Part shown: one piece after another, positions 14,781-25,653 of the stretch | Layout: every line of letters starts with the position of its first letter | Numbering within the stretch: the first letter of the stretch is position 1 | From: Felis catus | Lineage: Eukaryota | Assembly (NCBI RefSeq): GCF_018350175.1 | Contig: NC_058368.1 | Span: 152,274,001-152,338,000 of the forward strand | Reading direction: 5' to 3' | DNA: 64,000 nucleotides | Notes under the pieces: model-generated | What the model was told of the DNA's origin: nothing | What the model saw: only the letters and a program-made list of their open reading frames with translations | Databases searched by the model: none | Translations under genes and position numbers: made by a program

Positions 14781-15384
14781 ATTCTTGTCCCTATTTTAAT
14801 TCAGGCCACTCCAGCCTGCAGGTACTGTGAGATCACATCCACAGGAATCACCTGTGTTTTACTGGGACGCATCTCCTCTTGATAATACAAAGTGCTCCAC
14901 AGATTTCCCCTGGAAATTCGTAAGGGAATGTTGCCTGTACTCATGACCAAGTGCCATGTACTACAGTGCGGTCTCCATCATGTTCTTCCTCTCCTGCTTG
15001 GTGCCCTGAGTAATGGCGAAGGTCCATGAGTTGATAGTACTGTCAGGGCAGCTGGTAAGAATGCTCATGTCTGAACCTACACTGTTGCTTTCTCATATTC
15101 TCAAAGCGTCAGTTCATTAAAGACCCAGTGATGCCACAGTCCATCACCAGGAGAAGGGTGATCAAGTACCAGCCATCCACAGCTTCTTGTGTGAACAATT
15201 TTTTCAACTAGTATGTGCAACCCCAGCCTCAACAGAGTTCAACTATGAATTTATGCATTGAGCCAACGTAACGATTTCTGAAAGAAACCCTAGGTCATCC
15301 TTCATCCTCATTCCCATTCCAAATTCCTTTCACCAATTTCCCACAAATCAATATGCCAATAAACCTTTATAGCAGTGATCACTG

Positions 15385-15635
15385 GAAGACAGTATAGTTC
15401 AGTTGTTAAAAGCAAAGGATCGGAGTCAGACTGTTAAGTTTAAGGGGGAAATGACAATTCCTCTGTGCCTCAGAGGATTTTGGGGTTTTTTTTTCAACAA
15501 TAAAATTGATAATAGAGCCTAATTAACATAAAAATTTTAGGGGCCTAAATAAGATGAAATATCCAAAGTACTTTAGCATGGTGCCTAGTACATAGTATTG
15601 GCTCAATAAATGGTGGAAATAGACATTAGCTGTTA
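15385..15635 (+). mobile_element. MIR SINE
   Basis: ggagtcagactg...ctctgtgcctcag...tgcctagtacatagt...ctcaataaatgg. Confidence 0.7.
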
Positions 15636-15655
15636 TTCCATTTCTGGTAGTCACA

Positions 15656-16008
15656 TTTTATGGACTGAATGTGTTCCCCACAAAATTAAAATTTTGAAAT
15701 CTAATACCCAGTGTGATGGTATTTGGAGGTGGGCCTTTGCGAAGTAATTAGGTCACAACAATGCAGTCCTCATGAATGGGATTAGTCCTCTTATACAAAG
15801 AGTCCAGAGAGCTAGCTTGCCCTCCATCCACTATATGAGGACACAAATTGGCCATCTGCAACCTGGAAGAGGTCTCTCACTGGAACCTAATCATGCTGAC
15901 ACCCCATCTCCAAATTCCCAGTCCCCAAAATTATGAGAAATAAATGTTTTTCATTGAAGCCACTCAGCCTATGGCATTTTGTCGTAGCAGCCCAAATTGA
16001 CTGAGACA
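15656..16008 (+). mobile_element. MaLR solo LTR (MLT1A-like)
   Basis: tatggactgaatgtg...ggtatttggaggtgggcc...gcagcccaaattgactgagaca; TSD tcaca/ccaca. Confidence 0.85.
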
Positions 16009-16399
16009 CCACAGTTTAAGACAAAAATAAGACTTCTTCCACAATCTAACAGAATCACAAATGTTTCCATTCCCATGGGTTTTTTCCCCTTTTAATATTT
16101 ACTATGTGCTCAATAGCTATTAAAATAAAAATCTCTGAAATTATGAGAAAATTACATGGAACTTTGTTTTTCAAAACCAATTACCAATTATACCCTAAGT
16201 AAGGTTAAAACATCAGATATGCAAAAGATGCATTCTTCATTTTACATAAACTTGCCACCCAAGATTAGTTGAAAACTGTGACACACTGATATCATTACAG
16301 TTTTATAACCATTGTTCCCTAGAATTATTTCCTTGTTGAAAAAGTGAAACACAAAAGGCATTCACATAAATACGTATTAAAGCAGCTCAACGCATACAA

Positions 16400-16630
16400 T
16401 AACATTTATATATCACCTAATAATATAAAATGTTATTTCACTTTTGTAATCTAATTTAATCCTTACGGCAACCATGTAAGGAGAGCACAGCAGATACCGT
16501 GCCTATGTTATAAAGAAACTAACGCTCAGAGAGAGGTAGGTAAATGATACTAGTCACACAGCTGGCTATGGTGAAGCTAGCACTTGAATCTAAGACTTTC
16601 CAAATCTTGTACCAAAGCCTGTTTACTGTG
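16400..16630 (-). mobile_element. MIR SINE
   Basis: atttaatccttacggcaacc...gaaactaacgctcagagag...gtcacacagctgg. Confidence 0.65.
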
Positions 16631-17024
16631 ACCTTGTTGGTTAAAACTAAGTGTTTGCTTTCCTTAATTTTGCTATATATGTACTTTCGTATGTCAGTCC
16701 ACTACCCTCCAATTCTTCCCAATTCACTTACTGGACATTTAAAAAGAATCCATTCTACCATGTATTACAGTATGATGCCAAGTATCATCAGGATTCCTTC
16801 CCCTTTCTGACCTCTTTCGAGTTGCTTACCTAGGAAAGACTGTGGACAAAGAGAATCCAGAAAGCAGTTTAGGAAGGAGTCAGGAACCATGAATCACCAT
16901 CACTGAGTTCCCTTGACACGGGCTGCCCTCAGTTTTCTGAGGCTCTGGGGGACCTGTGGAAAAACATAAATATGAAGAACTAGGCATAATTTCAGACTGT
17001 GATTTCTTCCTTCTTCCTTCTAGC

Positions 17025-17192
17025 CCAGGTTCTCAAGTCCAGTTGTACCTTAGAAATACCTGAGGAGATTTCCAAAATTCGAAAAGCCTGAGCCCCACCC
17101 AGGCCAATTAAATCAGAATCTATGGAGGAGAGCCAGGATAGGGATAGTTTATAAAAGCTTACAGGTGCATCCAGGGTTTGAGAGCCAGTGCA
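17025..17192. mobile_element. MER5A DNA transposon
   Basis: caggttctcaag...ccccacccaggccaattaaatcagaatct...tttgagagccagtg. Confidence 0.75.
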
Positions 17193-17618
17193 CTGGACTA
17201 ATTTCCACATCTCAAGCACAAGGGTAATTTGGGGAACAACAGTGGCTTTTAGGAAAAGCACTCACCACTATTATGGAGAAGGGCAAAGACTATAAAAAAA
17301 ATAAAACACACAAAAAAACACACAAAAAAACTGTTGCTGGTCCGTGGAAAAACTGGAATCTGGGTCAAAAGACAGCCAGATCCAGACCCAACACATCAGC
17401 GCTGGCAGCAAGTGCTATAATAATACAGGGAAAATTCTTTCCCCTGCCCAGGTTAAGTCTCCACTCCTATATGTTGCATGAGTTCTTTCTATGCAGAAAG
17501 GATTACCCTAGTCCCTATTTTCATTTGGGCCTACTGTGACTGTGTTGTTAATGTTAGGGGTTTGTTTTTTCATTAGAAAAGAATCCAGAAATGTGGAATC
17601 TAACATTTTTATTCCCAC

Positions 17619-17620
<2 letters not shown>

Positions 17621-17657
<37 letters not shown>
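17621..17657. repeat. (TA)n microsatellite
   Basis: Read directly. Confidence 0.95.
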
Positions 17658-17659
<2 letters not shown>

Positions 17660-18845
17660 CCTCTGAAATTTCTTTCAGACCTGGATTAATTTGTGAGTTA
17701 AACTCAAACATCAGTCTTAATTATAGGTATTAAATGTTGAAGAAATAAATATAATAAGAAAAAATAAATATAACAAGTAAAATACTCTTCACATTTGTTT
17801 TATAGTATGTTTAATTTACAACTCCTATTCTCTCATTGTTTCAACTGCTGATATTTACAATATAACTAAGGTCTCAGCATTTATTAACCTTTCTTTAAAC
17901 TTAAAGTAAGTGACCCATTTTTTTATGCACCATAACTCACTGATGAGAAAAATCCTAAAATTGCCCTTGATTTATATGACTAAAAATATTTTTGATGTGA
18001 AATTATTCTTTATATGTTTGCAGTATATTTCAGATGAAGATGTAGGGGTTTTTTTTGCCACTATTCTGAACTTCTTCCATCTGCCCTGATAAAAATACAA
18101 GTTATAGATTCAAGAATCTCCATAGGAATTCTTTAACTCTGTATCAACAGACAAAGAAATCATTCTTGAAATACATCTGATGACATGATAGACTGGTAAA
18201 GTCAAATCTCTCCAGAAGCAAAAATTAACTATGATTACTTGATGTAAGACATCACTCAAACCAATCAAATGTTATTTTGGGAAATCATAAATTTATATCC
18301 AGCGTCAGTTTGTCACTCATTAAGTTCTTATAAGAATGATTAGGAAATTATCTTAATAAGTAAACGTTAGTCTTAACCTCTTCTTAGTTTGATGGCTTAA
18401 AAATATAAGTTTATATCCATCCATTGAGTCTCACTAAAAGTCTCCGCCTGCTTGGAGAGTTATTTATTCTAGTATTAATAAAATTTATCCAAGATGGAAG
18501 AGGAAATTCTTGCATTGCTTCATTCTGCAACAAATCTGCCTATGACATGTTAGCAAAGCCTTCAAAATATGGTTTCATAGTTAATCTTTGTAAATATTGC
18601 CCAGGTACCTACTCTTTTCCAGGCACCGTGTGAGCTGCTGGGAATATATGAAAATCTCATTATCTAAGTGTTCCCATACACAAAAACCCTGGGAGCAGAT
18701 TGCAGTCTTGCCAAGGTGTCGTTTTAGTGACTGACACGGATCACCACCTCCAGCAGTCAATAGTGACAGCAGGCAAAGCTGCTTAACAGGGAGTTACTGA
18801 TCCTGCAGCTGTATTTTGCTTGTCGTTCCTTTGAAAGATGCTTAC

Positions 18846-18889
18846 TTTGAAGATCTTGATCGTGTGGAAGAGAGGAAGCACGAAATAAC
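18846..18889 (-). other. Candidate small exon (44 nt)
   Basis: Minus strand: ctctgttccttgatttatag|gttatttcg...cttcaaa|gtaagc. Repeat-free context, two CpGs retained, no stop in any frame; peptide not recognised. Confidence 0.3.
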
Positions 18890-19839
18890 CTATAAATCAA
18901 GGAACAGAGGGTTTTAGAGCCACAAGTAAATCACCTTGCCAGTAACTCAGAGAGATCACAGAGGAGGTAAACGCAGTGAAGAAAATACAAAAAAGATTCC
19001 GTGAACCTTGTGATAAAGGAGTCAATTTCTTTTCCAATAAACATTTTTTAAAGTACTGCAGCAAGAATAGAACTGAAGAGTCTCCCTCCCACCCACCCTT
19101 GCAGAAGGGAAGAAAGATCTAAACAAGGGAACCTCTCCAGGCTCTTTAAGATACCACAAGGAATAGTTCTAGTAACCTCTACCTTTTAATGAAAAGTATG
19201 CACTCCTTAGATTTGCTTCCAAATTGCTATCAGTACTCTTTTCCATCCTTATTGAACCTGAAGAAAAACAAATTTCAGATACATTATTGATCATTTATCA
19301 ATCCCTGGAACTGATAATAAACTTTCTTAGGTTGACTATTAGGCCTTATTCCTCAGGGTTATGAAGAATGTGTTTACGTGGCTCTGGGTTTTACATCTGC
19401 AGAGATTTCCTAATTTGCCATAAAAATCATGTAACAAAATGGTGATATAGTTTACATTTCATCCAATTTATTATATTTTAAATACTTTCTACATGGATAA
19501 AATGAAGAAACATGATCGTAGAAATTGTCTACAGATAGGAGCATGGTTGATGTCTTTTAATTTGGCCTAATCCACCTAAATTATAGTTAAATCTCACTTA
19601 ATTGGACTTTATTAATTTTAAATGTGACAAATCTACATGACATTTGGCTAAAGTTGGTCTGTGAAATTAGATGTAGATTCGAATACCAGTTTACCACTTC
19701 ATTAAAAATTGGTTACACTCATTCTATGACTTATCTGGAAAATGGGGATAGTCTGTCATTTATTTTTACTTATTCTAATCACCCATACTGTTAACACCCT
19801 ATTGCAATCCACAAACATCTGGCGCACAAGACAATGCAA

Positions 19840-20075
19840 AAGCCTCCAATTAGAGCCTTCCATCTCCATTCTTACCCACCCACCTCCTCAAAAATATAGG
19901 CTATTATTTACACAGCATTCATAGTGATATCAAAAATCTAAGTCAGAGAATATTACCCCTTTGCTTGAAACTCTGTAATGACTTTTCATTTTACTCAGTA
20001 AAATCCAAACTCCTTCCCATGGCTGACAAGGCCTACCTGAATTTCCCACCTACACCACTTCTCTAATCTCATTTT
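19840..20075 (+). mobile_element. L2 fragment
   Basis: cttgaaactctgtaatgact...aaaatccaaactccttcccatggctgacaaggcc. Confidence 0.7.
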
Positions 20076-20550
20076 TCCCCAACTTATTGAGATATGACTG
20101 ACAAATATTGTACATATTTAAGATGTACAATGTGATGTTTTCATATAGATATACATTTTGAGGTGATTACGTTTTGAAATGATTAATGAAGCTAATTTAA
20201 AAATCCATCACCTCACACAGTTACCTCTTTTCTTCTTGTGTATGTGTATGTGATAAGCACGTAAGATCTATTTTTTTAGCAAGCTTCAAGTACACAATAC
20301 ATTATTATTAACTATAGTCACTATGCTGTACAAAGATCTCCAGAACTTACTCATACTTACATCTGAAAGTTTATACCCTTTGACCAACATCTTCCCATAT
20401 CCCCTACCTGTAGTCCCTGGTAACAACAATTCTGCCCTGAGTTATACTTTTTTAGATCATTTCACTTAGATTAATGTTTTCTAGTTTCATCCGTATTGTC
20501 ACTAATGACAGGTTTCCCTTTTTTATTAAGGGTGAATAATTTCCCAGTGT
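20076..20550 (-). mobile_element. Old L1 (L1MA-like) 3' end
   Basis: ttattgagatatgactgacaaatattgtacatatttaag...ttattaactatagtcactatgctgtac. Confidence 0.8.
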
Positions 20551-20577
20551 ACGTGCATGCATGTATATGTCTGTCTC

Positions 20578-20660
20578 CTATATATATATTATATATATAC
20601 ATATGAGTATACATATGTGTATATATGTATATATGTATATATATATAATATGTATATGTC
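20578..20660. repeat. (TA)n/(TATG)n low-complexity repeat
   Basis: Read directly. Confidence 0.85.
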
Positions 20661-20806
20661 AGTTTCATTTGAGGTCTAAGATGTTCCTAATCATGCTATC
20701 TTGCCCTTAATGCCCCTAATAAATTGGTTAATTAAATAAGAAGTGGTATAAAAATTCTACTAATTCAGTGTTAAGAGTTATAAACTTAAAAATCACAAAA
20801 ACTGGG

Positions 20807-21304
20807 TGTGGTGATTTTAAAATATGGCCACAAATTCTTTGACATTTCTCACGTTGCGTGGATCTACCTCTCTCTACTTGAATCTGAGCAAACTTGTGAC
20901 TTTTACTTAAGAAGCTAGGTCAGAATAGGTCATGCAGCTTCCACCTCATTCTCTAGGAAAATTCACCATTGGATAAGCCAAGCACCATGCAAAAAGTTTG
21001 ACCACTCCAAGATCTCTGTGGTGAAGAGGACATGTGTAGGTGCTCTCATCAACAGCTCCAGCTAAGTTTGCAGCTGATGGACAGCATCAACTGTCAGGCA
21101 TCTTGGATGGCCTGGCCACCAGATGGCCATGGTCCTGGCTGACATCTAACAAAAACCACATAAAAAAAAAAAAAAGGGAAAACTGTCCAGTCACGCCCTT
21201 CCTAAATCTCTAACCCACAAAATTAAGAGTAAGAGCAAATAGTGGTTGTGTTACATTTTTAAGTTTGGAATCAATTTATTACAAGGTAACAGAGAATCAT
21301 ATAC
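20807..21304 (+). mobile_element. MaLR solo LTR (MLT1F/G-like)
   Basis: Starts tgtggtgattttaaaatatggccacaaattctttgac; ends aagtttggaatcaatttattac... Confidence 0.75.
21113..21129 (+). promoter_or_regulatory. Candidate CTCF site within MaLR LTR
   Basis: tggccaccagatggcca contains CCACCAGATGGC, which fits the CTCF core CCASYAGRKGGC. Confidence 0.35.
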
Positions 21305-21527
21305 TAGGAAATGTCAAAATTGAGTTTCCTGTCACATGCTATTTCCCCTGTATTATTCTGATTCTACTTGCCATGTGGTAAGAAAATGATTCATATAAAA
21401 TTTAGCCAAGTGTAAACATTGACTTTGATTCACATAACAGGATAGAAAAATATTAAAACTGGAAAGTATTGTTGATTTCGTTCTCCTGAAAATGGAGCCC
21501 ACGGAGGTTGTGGCTTATGAGGCAAGC

Positions 21528-21660
21528 AGGTGCTCAAAACACGGGACTGCAGACTAAGCCCAGCCCACCTCCTCTTTTGTATAAAATAAAATAAATATGG
21601 CCCACAGGACCTCAAGTACTTACTATCTCACCCTTTACCAAAGAAATTTGCCAATACCTG
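21528..21660 (+). mobile_element. MER58-like hAT element, internally deleted
   Basis: tatggcccacaggacctcaagtacttactatctcaccctttaccaaagaaatttgccaatacctg matches the MER58A end. Confidence 0.65.
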
Positions 21661-21989
21661 AGTTAGAGAATGGCAAAATTGAAATGGGAACAAAAGTCCT
21701 CTGATTCATAGGCAAATATTCTTTTTCCATTATGCTGCCTGACAAGAATAAAATTTTTCATTAACATCAGCATATTTTAATGAGCTTATTTCATGATCCT
21801 ATGAGTTTAATTTATACCAGTACATCTTAAATTTTGTAAGGACTTTTTGTTTTGGGGGGAGACTGTTGTTTTCGTTCTTTTTGTTTTAGTTTTGCTCTTG
21901 AAAAGAGAGGTGTTAGTCACAAGATGGTTAATATATATTATTAAAGGTTTTCTATGATACCATCAGTGAGGAAAAGAGAAGAAAACTGA

Positions 21990-22197
21990 TAGATTAGCAA
22001 GCTTTTTCTCTAAGGGTCAGAATATCTTTTGCTTTGCAAACCAAACAAAGTGTATCACAAATACTCTACTCTGCTGTTTAACACAAAAGCAGCCATAGAT
22101 AAGCCTTAAATAAATGGGCATGGCTGTGTCCAGACTTCATCTGCAAAAACAAGTGGTGGGCTACAGCTAGCCTGCAGTCCTAGTTTGCCAACCCCTG
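21990..22197 (-). mobile_element. MER58A hAT element
   Basis: gcaagctttttctctaagggtcag...gcagccataga...tagtttgccaacccctg. Confidence 0.8.
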
Positions 22198-22360
22198 TCT
22201 CAGATAATCTGAGACATATAAATGTGCGTGAATGTGCTGCTGCTGCTTAGTAAGACTGTAGTTACGAATTCTACCCAGAGAAGTAGGGGAACATCAAACA
22301 TGAGGTTCATGTAATAACAATATTTGCCAGTGTATTCAACATGTTTTGCTCCCTATACAT

Positions 22361-22553
22361 TATTTTTTTTTTTTTAGAGAGAGAGAGAGCACATGTGCAA
22401 GCAGGGGGGAGGGGCAGAGAGAAAGAGAATCTTAAGCAGGCTCCACACACAGCGCAGAGCCCAATGCAAGGCTAGATCCCACAATCCTGGGATCATGACC
22501 TGAGCCAAAATCGAGAGCCTGACACTCAACCAACTGAGCCACTCAGACACCCC
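22361..22553 (-). mobile_element. Can-SINE
   Basis: TSD ttgctccctatac (22346-22358) / ttgttccctatac (22554-22566); typical SINEC body. Confidence 0.95.
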
Positions 22554-23779
22554 TTGTTCCCTATACTTTAAAATAATACTTAATATCCAGTCTGAGCCTA
22601 CTGCAGTATTAGAGTTGAGTTAGTATTACTGAAAGACCTTGTAAGTTAAACTTCAGTCTTTATTATTACAGCTTGAAAGTCTTACCTTTTTACAGTTAAT
22701 TTATTTCTCCAAGAAATAAAAAGAGACCATTCTAGATGTCAAAAGCCCACTAAAACAGCTGCATCCCAGCCTTAGAATCCTAAAATGGGGTCTGTTTTCA
22801 CTCCATTGCCAAACTTTCCTGAACACAGTATTTTCAGACTGTATGAGATTTTTCCTCCTGGTTTGCAGAACCCTTGAAGTTCTCTCAATACTGGGGAGAA
22901 AGAAAGGCTTATTCTTACCAGTTAGAAAAAGACAATTCCACTTGCAGATGGAAAGAATTTCTATCCTCCATAGGGCTTTACACCACCATAAATTTCCTGG
23001 ACATGCTGTCACCTATATAAAAAGGACCAATGCCACCTAACTATGAACCTCCCTGGGATAAAGTGGATAAGGTGAGGAAGATAGTAACCCAGCTACCATT
23101 GCACTAAGTTGAAGGTGATATTAAAGTAGACTTTTATAGGGGAAAAGTATCCTTTATTTTTCAGCTTGAGGTAAATGCCTACTTGAACAAAAATAACAAA
23201 ATTTTTTCCAGTGCTAAAAGCAAATAAGTGGATTTTCCAGAGCTTTAAAAAGAAAAAGAGTATTTCCTTTGTGCCTAAGATATATGTAGATTTCAGAAAG
23301 ATTTTAAAAATGCATTGATAAGGTAAGCAACTAACCAACAACAAATTCATAGTAATGTTAATTACATAAATATATGTGTGTATATTAGTAATAATTATGA
23401 AAAGTAAAATGCAAATAGTATAATATTACTTTCAACCATTTCAATTTAAAGAATAGGAAATTTTGAAGTGAATTTTGCTTTGAAAACTCATAGAATTATC
23501 CCCACATATGAAAAATCTAAAATCGCTGTAAAGTGTAAAAATTATCCTTTTTTCCACCTACAGGTAAGTCAAAATTGCTGTGCAAATTTTCTTCAAACTT
23601 TTTGAATAGGAATTATCCAGAAAGAAAATCTCTGAAGCTACACACTAAAAACTTCAGAGACAGAAGAAAACTCTTCTCAGTGCCTGCATCTACAGAGCAC
23701 AGGCAAAACCACCCACCCCTCTCTGCGTGTGCACCCATGTACATGCTCACACACACGTGCATGCACACACTCATACTCT

Positions 23780-23804
23780 ACACACACACACACACACACA
23801 CACA
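23780..23804. repeat. (CA)n microsatellite
   Basis: Read directly. Confidence 0.9.
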
Positions 23805-24780
23805 CTCTCTATAGTGTATATGATTAACTGATTCAACACAGTTTTATTGAGTGTCGTGTACACTAATTTGTGTATGATGCACGTGTACAAATTTGTGTAT
23901 ATTATGTGAATATAACCTCATATGTAAATATATCTGTGAAAGCAAAGCCAAGAGCAAGGCCTAAGGGCAAAGAGGACATACGCAGGTAAGATGACCCCCA
24001 GCCACCTAAGAGCACCAGCAACTATTCTCTGAAGCAGGTTATACATGCACCTTTCCTCTCTACATCTTTCAATTCAACATTTTAAAGTGAAATTATTTTT
24101 AAATGTTTCTGAAGTTACATGGAAGACTGCTTAAACTTGTGATTTTTTGAGTTGCAATTTATAAGGTAACCGTAACACTGTTTTCAGTACTAAAGTAAGA
24201 GAAAGAGGGCTGGCCATTCACTTTTCTCCTTTAACTCTGGCAAACTTCTATTTCAACAGCCTTTTATATTCATGAAACAATGTACCAAGTTTGGGTACTA
24301 CATGTGAGATGCTACTCATGTGGGAAGCCATTCACGTTGACACTACAGATCAGGACTGCTCTTGTTGCAGTGACACAGCAATCCTCTGGTCTCACAGGCC
24401 ATCATATGCGTCTGAGTTAGCAGGTGGATATAGCCATCCTAAGAATATAACTAGGAAAAATCCAACATGGTAGAACACTAAGCAGTGACTTCTGCAGAGA
24501 TGAAAACAACTTAGTAATTATAAAAGTCAGACCCTAGACTTCCAAACTAATAGAGATCCAGTATTAATTCTGATTTAGAAACATGACATACATTTCAGAA
24601 GTTATTATTTGGTAAGAAAAACAATTAGAAAAGAAAAAAAAAAAACCCTGGGGGTAGGAGTCAAGAAGAAACAGCTTAGTTTTTAAAGTGTCAAGACTGA
24701 CATCTCACAGAATACAGGGGGAAAGGAAGGAAAAACAGAACATTCCTGTCCTTGATGCTCCCAGGGAGATCAACACTCAC

Positions 24781-24891
24781 CTTAACAAGAGGAAATGGCC
24801 AGCTGTGAAAAAACAGGACCAACTATGAAGCTGAAGAACCAAGCAGACCTGACTACTTCAGACCCAAAAGTCAACCCCATGAGACAGAGCA
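24781..24891 (-). other. Candidate non-coding exon (111 nt)
   Basis: Minus strand: ttcccttctttttag|...taag|gtgagt; stops in all three frames. Confidence 0.25.
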
Positions 24892-25140
24892 CTAAAAAGA
24901 AGGGAACTTGGTGAGTCCAGAAAAGCATCCAGGAGGAGCACACAGGCCTGGACCCAATCACTTTACCACAGTTAGCTTCAAACTTCCTTGGAGTATCTGA
25001 CTTCAAACACCAAGATCTCTCTGTCCTGTCCTTTAGAGATAGCATCAGACTACACCTGTTCACCTGTTCATCCTGTATTGCCACCTAGATCAGCTCAGGA
25101 CCTCATTGCAGATGGCCAGATAAGGTCACCTACTAGGCAC

Positions 25141-25653
25141 TAAAGGAATGAATTCAGGACATGCCACCCATGAAATATGCCACTTTGGTATATGGATTAT
25201 TTTGAACTGAAGACACATGAAAACAGCAAATGCAGGGAGGCTTTCTCTAAAGACAGATCCTCCAAAAGGAACTCAATTGTTACAAATCCTCTCCCTGGGA
25301 GTTTAATCAACCAAGAACGATGGAGTCTTGTCACAGAAAAGACTAGAAGTCAACACGACCCCCTGACAAACTTTGTCACAAATTATCACACCTCCTGTCT
25401 ATTCTAAGGGCCCATTCGTCTTTGCTAAGTGGCCTACATTTCCACCCCCCTTCTCCTATTAAGACAGTATAAAAGCTCTCAAATCTCACCATTTAGGGGA
25501 GGATATTTACTTTTTCCTGCAATATCCCCATGTATATAATACTAAAAATTAATAAATAAAATAAAAGCTCTTCTCTTATTAATCTGCCTGTTGTTCATTT
25601 ATTTCACACACCTCACTATCAGAGAGTGGAGGGAAAAACTTTGTTCCCCTACA
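25141..25653 (+). mobile_element. ERV1 solo LTR (MER34-like)
   Basis: atgccacccatgaaatatgccactttggtatatggattattttgaactgaag is typical of the MER34 5' part; TATA-like tataaaa, aataaa, and end ttcccctaca. Confidence 0.8.

Noticed and set aside
14790..15075. GC-richer segment as a processed pseudogene or coding exon
   Set aside because: The frames I translated contain stops, no peptide is recognisable, and there is no poly-A or TSD.
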